Below, one piece after another: positions 1 to 8,268 of a stretch of 64,000 nt of DNA. A program made the translations under genes and the position numbers. Under the pieces are notes generated by a model. The model had not been told where the DNA came from. It saw only the letters and a list, made by a program, of their open reading frames with translations, and made no database searches. The stretch is from Abditibacteriota bacterium (GTDB lineage: Bacteria; Armatimonadota; UBA5829), in assembly GCA_017445025.1 (NCBI GenBank), contig JAFSVJ010000028.1:95752-159751 (forward strand). The letters are read 5' to 3'. Within the stretch, counting starts at the first letter, position 1. Every line of letters begins with the position of its first letter.

Positions 1-2
1 GA

Positions 3-896
3 GACGGAGGAATTGAGTTTAGCACCAGCAAAATGAACCTGCTTTTCTACAAGGACAGCGATTCAGTTAAAATGAACTCTCTAAGCCTTAAACTCCCCAT
101 GAGCACCTATCTTGAAGATGGTAAACTTATGGTTCCTCTTTCATTTGTGGTAAAATCCTTAGGTGCGGAATACGATCAGGAAACCGATTTGATTATCCAC
201 ATAGACAACCTATCTATCCCAAAAAAAACAGAGCTTAAGGCCCCCACATTGGAACAACCTACTTCCAATTCTCCTGTCACAGAAGGCGTTTCCACTCCCG
301 CAGAGCCGGAAAAGGTTGTCACAGACTATCAAGCTCCTTCTCTTGACGGAAACTGGTTCCAAGGTATTGTAATGGCTTACGGCAAAAGACTTAACCTTAT
401 AGACGTGGATCTCTACAACTCTAACAACAAGCTTGTTCAAACCACCAAATCTACAGAAGGTGCTTTTGCCTTTAAAGGTCTCGACGACGGTAAGTATTAT
501 ATAAAAATAGACCACGCCAAAAACCCTTCATTTAAGACCTTTACCACAGCTCCTTTTAACGTTAAGGATATGGAAGGTAACAAGATTAAAAAGCCTTTAA
601 ACATATACAGAGCCATTAAATCAAACGGATGCAAGCCCAACGAAGTAAAAGGTCAAAAATGTTATATGTTCACTTGGAATGAAGTCCCCAACGTTGCCAA
701 TTATAAGGTTATCGTTTCCTCTTCCAACCCAAAGGCAAAAGTTGCCAAATATGACAAAAAAGTAGAAAAGATTAACATTCCAATCAGTGATATTTCCAAA
801 GGTCAAACCTATGGAGTTTCAGTTATTGCTTATGATAAATACGGTAATAAAATCGGTGAAAGCGTAGACTCCGGTTGGACATTTGAATCAAAATAG
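3..896 (+). CDS. Secreted protein, 5' end probably cut by the window edge. The N-terminal part resembles the copper-amine-oxidase N-terminal-like beta-sandwich domain; the C-terminal part is Ig/FN3-like.
   Basis: The reading frame is open back to position 3 with no upstream stop. The motif 'DGKLMVPLSFVVKSLGAEYDQETDLIIHI' is typical of Cu-amine-oxidase N-terminal-like domains. Confidence 0.4.
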   Translation, partial: DGGIEFSTSKMNLLFYKDSDSVKMNSLSLKLPMSTYLEDGKLMVPLSFVVKSLGAEYDQETDLIIHIDNLSIPKKTELKAPTLEQPTSNSPVTEGVSTPAEPEKVVTDYQAPSLDGNWFQGIVMAYGKRLNLIDVDLYNSNNKLVQTTKSTEGAFAFKGLDDGKYYIKIDHAKNPSFKTFTTAPFNVKDMEGNKIKKPLNIYRAIKSNGCKPNEVKGQKCYMFTWNEVPNVANYKVIVSSSNPKAKVAKYDKKVEKINIPISDISKGQTYGVSVIAYDKYGNKIGESVDSGWTFESK

Positions 897-1021
897 AAGG
901 CGAGTATAAAAATACCAAAGAACCGAAAATATCTTTTTTTTATAGGGATTTTCAAGCGAATAGCATAAGAAAAAATTGTTAAGCAAATAATAGGCTTTAG
1001 AATAAAGCCGGTGGATTAGCC

Positions 1022-1197
1022 CCATTTTCAAAAGAAATGGGGATTTTATTTATAAAAGTTCCATTTATGAAGAAAATGGGAGCTAAGGCAATTATGCGTC
1101 TACTATTTTTTCGTAAATGCGTGAGCGAAGGAAATCCCGTAATAAAAAATTAGAGATTTTCGGAAGATTTGGGATTTTTATACTCAAGACAAAATAA
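1022..1197. repeat. Left arm of a long inverted-repeat pair flanking the nitroreductase gene. It contains the MITE end-module 'TAATAAAAAATTAGAGATTTTCGGAAGATTTGGGATTTTT'.
   Basis: Its reverse complement matches 1978..2208 ('CCATTTTCAAAAGAAATGGGG', 'ATAAAAGTTCCATTTAT', 'ATGCGTCTA', 'AATAAAAAATTAGAGATTTTCGGAAGATTTGGGATTTTTATA', 'TCAAGACAAAATAA'). Confidence 0.75.
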
Positions 1198-1357
1198 AAA
1201 TCAAAAATAGAAAATATTACTCTCTAACCTAAGACATACTTATTGTTAACAGACATATTTTATATTTCATATTTCTTATTTTCTATTTTTGAAAATAGGT
1301 GTAAAATAAGGATTATTTAACTTAAACTAAGCCCCTTATGGGGCTTTTCTTTTAGGA

Positions 1358-1870
1358 GTGAATATGTTAGATGCCATAAAAAATCGTCGCTCCATACGAT
1401 TTATGAAAAAAGAAACTATACCGGAAAAAACTCTAAATGAGATTATATCTGCCGGTTTTCACGCTCCCAGCGGTCACAACAACAAAGGGTGGCATGTTTA
1501 TGTGACGGAGAATGAAGAAAAACTAAAGACACTCTCCAAATTGCACAAATGGACAAGATTTGTGTCTAATTCAAGTGCTGTAATTTGTGTATGTTACGAC
1601 ACAAGTGAACTTGAAGATTTTTGGATTGAAGACTGTGCCGCTTTTATGGAAAATATGCTCCTGCAAGCTACAGAAGAAGGCCTTGGCTCTTGTTGGATAG
1701 GTGTGAGGGGAATAGAAGTGGGGGGGATTGTTATGGAAGACGAGGTACGAAAAATATTTGAAGTAAACTCTTCTTTTAAGATTCTTTCTCTGTGTATTTT
1801 GGGAAAAGTCGCCAACTCCTTTAACTTTTCAAAGAAAATAGATATATCAAAACGAATCCACAAAGTTTAA
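1358..1870 (+). CDS. Nitroreductase family protein
   Basis: The N-terminal motif 'NRRSIRFMKKETIPEKTLNEIISAGFHAPSGHNNKGWHVYV' is characteristic of the nitroreductase fold. The gene is preceded by a hairpin terminator-like element and a GGAG ribosome-binding site. Confidence 0.85.
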   Translation: MNMLDAIKNRRSIRFMKKETIPEKTLNEIISAGFHAPSGHNNKGWHVYVTENEEKLKTLSKLHKWTRFVSNSSAVICVCYDTSELEDFWIEDCAAFMENMLLQATEEGLGSCWIGVRGIEVGGIVMEDEVRKIFEVNSSFKILSLCILGKVANSFNFSKKIDISKRIHKV

Positions 1871-1873
1871 AAT

Positions 1874-1958
1874 AATGCATAATTAATGCACAATGAACAA
1901 TTTACTCAGGGGGGATTTAGGGGGGTGATAATTATTCATTGTGCATTAATTATGCATT
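1874..1958. promoter_or_regulatory. Perfect 24-bp inverted repeat (AATGCATAATTAATGCACAATGAA / TTCATTGTGCATTAATTATGCATT) around a G-run loop, immediately 3' of the nitroreductase stop codon.
   Basis: The two arms, 1874-1897 and 1935-1958, are exact reverse complements of each other. Confidence 0.5.
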
Positions 1959-1977
1959 TTGCATTGTTAATTATTCA

Positions 1978-2208
1978 TTATTTTGTCTTGATTATAAAAA
2001 TCCCAAATCTTCCGAAAATCTCTAATTTTTTATTACGAAAATCTCTTCGCTCCTTAACCTACAATTTTTTTTATAGACGCATAAAACCCTAAGCCCAAAT
2101 CCCAAAAAGTTTTGCAAGCTCAACTTTTCGGGAACCCTTGGGCGGCTCCCAATTTCTTTATAAATGGAACTTTTATAGATAAAAGCCCCATTTCTTTTGA
2201 AATTGGAG
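1978..2208. repeat. Right arm of the inverted-repeat pair flanking the nitroreductase gene. It carries a nested ~50 bp 'CCCAAAAAGT...ACTTTTCGGG' hairpin element at 2096-2150.
   Basis: Its reverse complement aligns with 1022..1197 along the whole length except for the nested insert. Confidence 0.75.
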
Positions 2209-2317
2209 CTTATGGACGGCTTTCGCCTTTTTATTTGCTTAATAAAAAAATCTTGTTATAGTCGCTTGATATTTTCTATAAAAAATTGATCTTTTCGGTG
2301 CTTTGGTATTTTTATAC

Positions 2318-3352
2318 TCACTTCTTATACTCGCTTGGAATTAGTTTGGGCTTTATTATTTTGTTATATTCTATTAAAGGTTTGTTTTCAATTAAAGCAT
2401 TTAATAATTCTATAGCTTCTCTTCCCACTTTGTATAAATCAAATTCCAGTCTTGAAATTTTATATTCTTCATTATAGTTTTGGTGAGCATGAGATTGGGT
2501 GATTATAGGTGTGTCTTTAAAAATATTGGGATAATCTCTAAAATATTCTGATGTAATATCAAACAAGTTATTATCCGTAAAAACTATCAAATCCGGTTTG
2601 GTTTTTATTGTATCAAGAATTTCTATAATTTCTCCTTCACCTTTATCTTTTTTTGAAATATAATTAATTCTGTAAAGACTATACTTTTCAAATATAATTG
2701 CTTCAAGGTGAAAAGGATAACAATCAAAGATTCTGTCAACATCTTCATCAAGTGGGTTTATGGTAAAAACCAGAACATTTTGAGCATTCATCTTATTTAT
2801 TTGATTTATTATTTCTTTATATAAATAAATATAATCTAATGAAACAGTTGGGTAAGGAAGATTATTAAATCTTAAAATATCCACTATAGGAATATCCAAC
2901 GACGCTATATATTGTAGATCCTTTAGCTCTGCACTTAGTGAAATTGCTCCGTCTATTTCGTTTTTAAAAGGACCTACAGAAGTTTCAATATCAAGAATAT
3001 CATTAGCAATAAAATACAAAGGAGTATAACCTTTGTCAATAATATATTTATTTAAAATCTTACAAAAAAACCTGTATAGTTTTTTTGTATCTCCTTTTGT
3101 TGAATAGGTTGTGGATACAATAAGAATATACTTTTTCTTTTCATTATTTTTTGCAACAAATGTTCCGCTACCTCTTATTCTTTTGATAATTCCTTCTTGT
3201 TCTAAATCTGTAAAGGCACTTCTTATGGTATTCCTGTTAACATTAAGTGTTTCTGCAAGAAGAACTTCACTAATCAGTTTGTCTCCGTATTTTAAGTTAT
3301 TTTCTTTTATATGATTATTAATATAATCTATTATTTGTTGTTTTTTTGTCAT
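2318..3352 (-). CDS. GntR-family transcriptional regulator with a C-terminal periplasmic-binding-protein-like (sugar-binding) domain; paralog 1.
   Basis: N-terminal winged helix-turn-helix motif 'YGDKLISEVLLAETLNVNRNTIRSAFTDLEQEGIIKRIRGSGTFVA'. Start placed at the internal 'MTKKQQ' preceded by GGAAGG. About 60% identical to the product of 8269..9309. Confidence 0.75.
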   Translation of the reverse strand: MTKKQQIIDYINNHIKENNLKYGDKLISEVLLAETLNVNRNTIRSAFTDLEQEGIIKRIRGSGTFVAKNNEKKKYILIVSTTYSTKGDTKKLYRFFCKILNKYIIDKGYTPLYFIANDILDIETSVGPFKNEIDGAISLSAELKDLQYIASLDIPIVDILRFNNLPYPTVSLDYIYLYKEIINQINKMNAQNVLVFTINPLDEDVDRIFDCYPFHLEAIIFEKYSLYRINYISKKDKGEGEIIEILDTIKTKPDLIVFTDNNLFDITSEYFRDYPNIFKDTPIITQSHAHQNYNEEYKISRLEFDLYKVGREAIELLNALIENKPLIEYNKIIKPKLIPSEYKK

Positions 3353-3476
3353 TTTTATTATCCTTCCCAATTTATTATATAACAAATCAACAAAGAAAGT
3401 CAACTTTAAAAATAATTAGTCTATACAACTTTTTTGTAAAAGATAGATTTTTTAGATTTTTTCTATAAAAATTCTA

Positions 3477-3506
3477 TTGACTTTATTTGTTTGATTATGG
3501 TATAAT
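3477..3506 (+). promoter_or_regulatory. Sigma70-type promoter for pilin-like gene 1: -35 TTGACT at 3477-3482, an 18-nt spacer, and an extended -10 TGGTATAAT at 3498-3506.
   Basis: Consensus hexamers with the TGn extension. The same 'TGGTATAATATAA' occurs upstream of the paralog at 9455. Confidence 0.6.
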
Positions 3507-3529
3507 ATAAATGTAAAAGCATAGTCCGG

Positions 3530-3558
3530 TAAATAATTAGTGTATACTTTTTTATTTA
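3530..3558. promoter_or_regulatory. Candidate operator: palindrome TAAATAA-N15-TTATTTA with a central GTATAC, lying between the -10 and the ribosome-binding site of pilin-like gene 1.
   Basis: Dyad symmetry read directly from the sequence. Analogous dyads occur at the same position in the two paralogous modules. Confidence 0.45.
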
Positions 3559-3596
3559 TCAGTTTATGTAAAAATATATTTAGGAGGAACATAAAA

Positions 3597-4376
3597 ATGT
3601 TCAAAAGAGGATTTACCCTTATAGAATTGTTGGTGGTTATCGCTATAATCGCCATTCTTGCTGCAATTCTATTTCCCGTTTTTGCCCAAGCAAGAGAAAA
3701 AGCCCGAGCCGCCAGTTGTCTGTCCAATGTAAAGCAGTTGGGAACAGCCCTTCAGCTTTATATTGATGACTACGACGAAACCCTTCCAGTTGGTTATGAT
3801 CCGGCCAGACCCACAACTAACTTGAGTGCCGATTATAACAACTATCCGGCTAAGTGTTTCCCATATATGTTCGCACAGGGATTGCAAGCTGAGATACATT
3901 ATTGGACTTGGATGGATTCCATATTCCCTTATGTTAAAAACGTAAAGTTATATACTTGTCCCTCATCCGGTAATATTAAAATCAATAATGTTTATACTTG
4001 CGGCTATGGATTTAACTACAAATTCACCGAATATTTACCAACAGGGGCTCCACAAGTAATTGCCTATGGTTCACTAAACAATCCATCTAAAAAAGTGTTC
4101 CTTGCTGATACTCAAGTTTCAACTGCAGGTTGGACAGACTTTATTATATGTCCTTACACTATGAGAATAAGAAAAAACGAAGGTGCAATAGCTTGGGTTG
4201 TAGGAATTCCTTCTATAAGACATAACGATGGAGCAAATTACACTTTCTGTGATGGTCATGCTAAGTTCTATAAAAGAAATGCTGGACCGACAGAGACAGT
4301 TATTGTTAACGGAACAGAAGCCAATAACTCTAATTACTGGGGTAATGGCGTTGATTGGTGGGATCCGGCTGCATAA
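3597..4376 (+). CDS. Secreted protein with a prepilin-type N-terminal cleavage/methylation domain and a C-terminal H-X9-DG motif (PVC-group pseudopilin-like family); paralog 1.
   Basis: '[32 protein letters not shown]' is a class III signal/prepilin N-terminus. '[17 protein letters not shown]' gives H-X9-DG. Strong ribosome-binding site AGGAGG. Confidence 0.8.
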   Translation: MFKRGFTLIELLVVIAIIAILAAILFPVFAQAREKARAASCLSNVKQLGTALQLYIDDYDETLPVGYDPARPTTNLSADYNNYPAKCFPYMFAQGLQAEIHYWTWMDSIFPYVKNVKLYTCPSSGNIKINNVYTCGYGFNYKFTEYLPTGAPQVIAYGSLNNPSKKVFLADTQVSTAGWTDFIICPYTMRIRKNEGAIAWVVGIPSIRHNDGANYTFCDGHAKFYKRNAGPTETVIVNGTEANNSNYWGNGVDWWDPAA

Positions 4377-4383
4377 TATCCAT

Positions 4384-4441
4384 CCCCCCGTCATTTGCCT
4401 TTGGCAAATGCCACCCCCCAAAGCTTCGCTTTAGGGGGACA
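4384..4441 (+). repeat. C/G-clamped double-hairpin intergenic element (CCCCCCGTCA-hairpin-CCACCCCCCA-hairpin-AGGGGGACA), copy 1.
   Basis: Five copies in the window (4384, 11759, 19885, 46173, 47782), all in the same orientation, with compensatory base changes in the stems. Confidence 0.7.
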
Positions 4442-4449
4442 GGTTCAGT

Positions 4450-4483
4450 GCCTCTTTTTTTAAGAGGCATTTTATTTTTTTTT
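4450..4483 (+). terminator. Rho-independent terminator (GCCTC-N9-GAGGC followed by a T-run) after pilin-like gene 1.
   Basis: Hairpin followed by a T-tract. Confidence 0.6.
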
Positions 4484-4702
4484 CAAGGCGTAAACACAAC
4501 TCCCCTAAAAATCTCTAATTTTTTATTTAATGAAATAACTCTTGTCTTATCTCATTGACGCTCTTTCGTATTAGAACAAAATCTATTCGGACTGCGTCCT
4601 CTATCTTTTGCCCTACTACTCTTTCGCTACACTCGATGACGACAATTCGCTATTTCTTATAAAAAAATTGATCTTTTTGGTGATTTGTGTTTACACCTTG
4701 AG
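4483..4702 (-). mobile_element. MITE-like non-autonomous element (~220 bp) with 17-bp terminal inverted repeats TCAAGG(C/T)GTAAACACAA, flanked by a ~20-bp direct repeat GAGGCATTTTATTT(A)TTTTTT.
   Basis: Homologous to the inserts at 23055..23271 and 44695..44909. Shared ends are 'CACAAATCACCAAAAAGATCAATTTTT' and 'TTAAATAAAAAATTAGAGATTTTTAGGGGAGTTG'. Confidence 0.7.
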
Positions 4703-4731
4703 GCATTTTATTTATTTTTTTAGGTTGTAAT

Positions 4732-7700
4732 ATGAAATTTTTATTAACTTTTATTTTTGTATTTTTCTCAATATGTGTATTTGCCGGTGAAGTTGATATA
4801 GAAATACCAAAAAGTAAAAAACCGGTCAAACAAGGAGTTGTGACGGAATTTTCCGATGCTGTGGTTATAGATCATTTTAACACTCAAAACTATCTTTTTG
4901 AAGGGGAACCTAAAACACAATTATATCTAAAATATGATGATAATAACTTATACGCTCTGTTTATATGTTATGAAAACCAAAAAGGTTATCCAAAGGCTTT
5001 TAACAGAGAAGAAAATCTAATGATTGATGATGCTGTTCAAATAGTTTTAGGTTTATCAGCGGAAGAAAGTGCTCGGGGCAGTTTAAATATGGGGGGATAT
5101 GAAGGAGCATATAGTGAAATAAGTCCTTGCGATTTTTATTATCAATTTACAGTAAACAGTGAAAACTCTAAAACCAGAGATTATTTGGAAATGCATCTTG
5201 ACAGGCCTTTATTTGACAGTAAAATCAAAAAAGAAAATAATCGGTGGCTTGCTTTAATGACAATACCTTTTAAATCTTGGGGAGTAAAAAAACCGGATGG
5301 TTTAAGCTTTTACTTTAATGCTTATAGAAGTCGTCCACCCGAAACATTTGGTTATAAAAACTATTCCTATGGTGGTTATAGACCTATGTCATTTGCCAGA
5401 GCAAAATTTACATCAGAACCTTCATTAAATAATACATTTACCCAAAAAGAAACCAAAAAAGAAAACATAATAGATGATTTTTCTTTGAGATATTATCCCA
5501 CTGCCAAACAGATTTGTTCTCAAGCATTAATGAGTAATACAAATCAAAATTTTTATCTTATTATGGAAAGTGATAAATTTGAAACTATTAAAAATGAAAT
5601 AAAAGCCGGAAAACAAACAAATTTAGCTTTTAATATAGGTGATAACCCTAATTTACCTATAAATGTTAAGGCAAAGATTATATCTTCAGCCGGAACAGTT
5701 TTAAAAGAAGATAGTTTAACAGTAGAAAGCACTCCGGAAATGCCTGAGTATCTAAATTTTGAATTTGGAGAAGGTATTATTCCAAAACCTTGGACAAAAC
5801 CTGTAATTAAAGGTAATACCATAAAACTTCTTAACAAAGATATTGTTATAGGAAAAGGTGGTTTTTTTGCTTCTGTAACAGGTAAAGGCGAACTTCTTGC
5901 CGGAGATATGAACCTAATTATAAATATAAACGGAAAACCTGTCCCATTAGAACTGATTAATCAAGATATTAAAGAATATGGCAGAGGAGTTTTAGTAACC
6001 AGTAAATATAAATGCCATAATGGAACTTTTGATATAAAATTAAAGATAGATTTTGACGGCTTTACGCAAGTAAAAATGAGATCTGCGGATATTGAACCGG
6101 ATATACTCTCCAAACTCAGCTTAAATGTGCCTCTTAAAAGAGAAAATGCCTTATTTGTAAACAGAAGCAATGTTCAAAGAACCGTTAAAATTGATAAATT
6201 CGGTTGGCATGGGGATTGTGATGGATATATGTGGGTCGGATGCCACGAATGTGGCTTGGGATACGAATACGATCAATTTAACTCGACCTTTGCCGAAAAA
6301 AAGAGAAACAATATTGAAATAATAAATGATAAAGATATAAGTTTATTAAAACTAAATTTTATTGATGAAAAAGGTCAAATAAAAGAAAAAGGTCACGTTT
6401 TTGTTTTTTATCTGACACCAACCCCTACAAAAGATTATTCTTTGAATAAACATGGTTTATATCATGGTGTGGAATTGTGGTTTGAAACTTGGAGCGATTG
6501 GCAAGGATATTTTGATTTTGCCAAACTTCCGCAAATAAAGGAAAGAGTGGAAAACGCAGAAAAGAAAGGAAATGATTTTGCTATTTATTTTTCTCAATGT
6601 TTAGCAGAAGATTCACCCGCATCACAATTATATTTCAATGATTTGACAGCTTTCCCTAAAGCAAATATGTATCAAAGGGCTTACGAAAATATTCCGGGAA
6701 AAGGGGTACCTTGTTATTTAAGTTGTGTTAGGGAACTTTTTGGAGATTTAATATTATATGGAATAGATAAAGCTGTCAAAGAAGCTGGCTTATCTTGCAT
6801 TTATATGGACGGTCCTTCTCTTCCTTGGGCTTGTCAAAACCCAAGTCACAATCACTGTGATTCAAATGTCTATGATATTTGGGAAGATGATTATCTCTAT
6901 CCTTATGAAAAAACAAGAGATTTTTTAATTAAAATGAGAAATATCCTATCTCAAAGCGGAAAACCAATTACTATGGTAGCCCATACCGGTGGGGGTATAT
7001 CTCCGGGAACCATGAGTTTATGTGATAATTTCTTTGAAGGAGAACAAGTTTCAAGATATAAACAAGGCTATAATATTCCGCAAAATATTTTTTCTGTAGG
7101 ATATAGCGGTACTCCTTGGGGAATGAGGCATGAGATTATAATATCTCCAAATATTAACAATGATAAAAAGTTAAGAGCATTGTGTTTATTGCACGATTCA
7201 ACCTGTGCACCATATAAAGATTCTTATGACCTTGAAAATAAAATATATAAAGATTTTCAAAATGATAAAGAAACTGAGTTTTATCCCTATTGGCGTAAGC
7301 AGGATAAAATAAATTATGAGGGCAAATCTCTTATGACTTATTATCTAAATAAGGATAAAGCTTTAGTGGTATTCGGAAATTTGACTTTTTATAATGATAC
7401 AATTAAGTGTGATTTATCTAAATTATTAGGAGAAAGAGCGGTCGCTATTGACGGAGATGATGATAGTATTATATACGATGATGTTAAAAATATATCATTT
7501 AATATAGCGCCAAATCACTATAAAATACTAATGGTTTATAAAGATAAAAGTTTAGTAAATCAAACCAAGGAAACAATCAAAAAAAACATTATAAAAGAAA
7601 AACAAGAAGAATATAAATATGAAAATTCTACCACAGGTTGGAAAGCTAATATTGGAGATCCCGGAAATGCAGGCGAGATTTTAGATAATAATATAACCAT

Positions 7701-8121
7701 AAATACTACTCTTCAAAAAGCTGAAGGAATTATTGAATTTGAGAAAAATATAGATAATTTCTTTGGTGAGTTTGAAATAGAAAGAGTGGGACCTATAAGT
7801 ATAAACATTGGTCCTTCAAGAGTTTTAATTGCCAATAAGACAGTTAAGTTAGAAACAGTTGATGATTGGAACAATGGTATTATTATAAGTAATGATTTTG
7901 ATGAAATAACCCATTTAAATGTTAAATTATCAATTAATAACAATGAAATGGATGTAATTATTAATGATAAAGTGGTTTGTTATAATGTTATGCCAAAACT
8001 TGATAAAGATATAAATAAAATATCATTTAGAACATGGGCAGATTCATATATAATATTTAAACCTATATTGGTGACTAATAACGAAACAGACCTAATACCA
8101 CAAGTTCACCCTGTGCTGTAA
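4732..8121 (+). CDS. Large secreted protein (1129 aa) of unknown function, possibly a carbohydrate-active enzyme given its neighbours.
   Basis: Signal peptide 'MKFLLTFIFVFFSICVFA'. Long ORF with no overlapping alternative. No family recognised. Confidence 0.5.
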   Translation: MKFLLTFIFVFFSICVFAGEVDIEIPKSKKPVKQGVVTEFSDAVVIDHFNTQNYLFEGEPKTQLYLKYDDNNLYALFICYENQKGYPKAFNREENLMIDDAVQIVLGLSAEESARGSLNMGGYEGAYSEISPCDFYYQFTVNSENSKTRDYLEMHLDRPLFDSKIKKENNRWLALMTIPFKSWGVKKPDGLSFYFNAYRSRPPETFGYKNYSYGGYRPMSFARAKFTSEPSLNNTFTQKETKKENIIDDFSLRYYPTAKQICSQALMSNTNQNFYLIMESDKFETIKNEIKAGKQTNLAFNIGDNPNLPINVKAKIISSAGTVLKEDSLTVESTPEMPEYLNFEFGEGIIPKPWTKPVIKGNTIKLLNKDIVIGKGGFFASVTGKGELLAGDMNLIININGKPVPLELINQDIKEYGRGVLVTSKYKCHNGTFDIKLKIDFDGFTQVKMRSADIEPDILSKLSLNVPLKRENALFVNRSNVQRTVKIDKFGWHGDCDGYMWVGCHECGLGYEYDQFNSTFAEKKRNNIEIINDKDISLLKLNFIDEKGQIKEKGHVFVFYLTPTPTKDYSLNKHGLYHGVELWFETWSDWQGYFDFAKLPQIKERVENAEKKGNDFAIYFSQCLAEDSPASQLYFNDLTAFPKANMYQRAYENIPGKGVPCYLSCVRELFGDLILYGIDKAVKEAGLSCIYMDGPSLPWACQNPSHNHCDSNVYDIWEDDYLYPYEKTRDFLIKMRNILSQSGKPITMVAHTGGGISPGTMSLCDNFFEGEQVSRYKQGYNIPQNIFSVGYSGTPWGMRHEIIISPNINNDKKLRALCLLHDSTCAPYKDSYDLENKIYKDFQNDKETEFYPYWRKQDKINYEGKSLMTYYLNKDKALVVFGNLTFYNDTIKCDLSKLLGERAVAIDGDDDSIIYDDVKNISFNIAPNHYKILMVYKDKSLVNQTKETIKKNIIKEKQEEYKYENSTTGWKANIGDPGNAGEILDNNITINTTLQKAEGIIEFEKNIDNFFGEFEIERVGPISINIGPSRVLIANKTVKLETVDDWNNGIIISNDFDEITHLNVKLSINNNEMDVIINDKVVCYNVMPKLDKDINKISFRTWADSYIIFKPILVTNNETDLIPQVHPVL

Positions 8122-8156
8122 AATAAAGCATAATTAACAATACACAATGCACAATT

Positions 8157-8195
8157 GTCCCCCACTAAATACTATCTAATACATAGGTGGGGGAC
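8157..8195. terminator. Stem-loop (GTCCCCCAC-N21-GTGGGGGAC) between the convergent genes 4732..8121 and 8269..9309.
   Basis: 9-bp GC-rich inverted repeat. There is no clear T-tract, so it may act bidirectionally or only as a structural element. Confidence 0.35.
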
Positions 8196-8268
8196 TTACT
8201 GTTAACCATAGCTTGCCTTAACAGTAAGATCCGGCAAAAATATTATGCATTCATCATTAAATTAAGCA

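Noticed and set aside
210-515. Numerous 60-160 aa ORFs on the opposite strand or in alternate frames of long genes in the six-frame track (for example 210-515, 1594-1863, 13537-13743, 25643-25975, 55527-55967)
   Set aside because: They overlap well-supported longer genes, lack ribosome-binding sites, and arise from local composition. Treated as spurious.
3111-3314. A single larger composite transposon spanning both GntR/pilin modules (2318-10242)
   Set aside because: The two modules are paralogous at the protein level (~60%) but their DNA is not near-identical, and no shared terminal repeats bound the region. They look like old duplications rather than one recent mobile unit.
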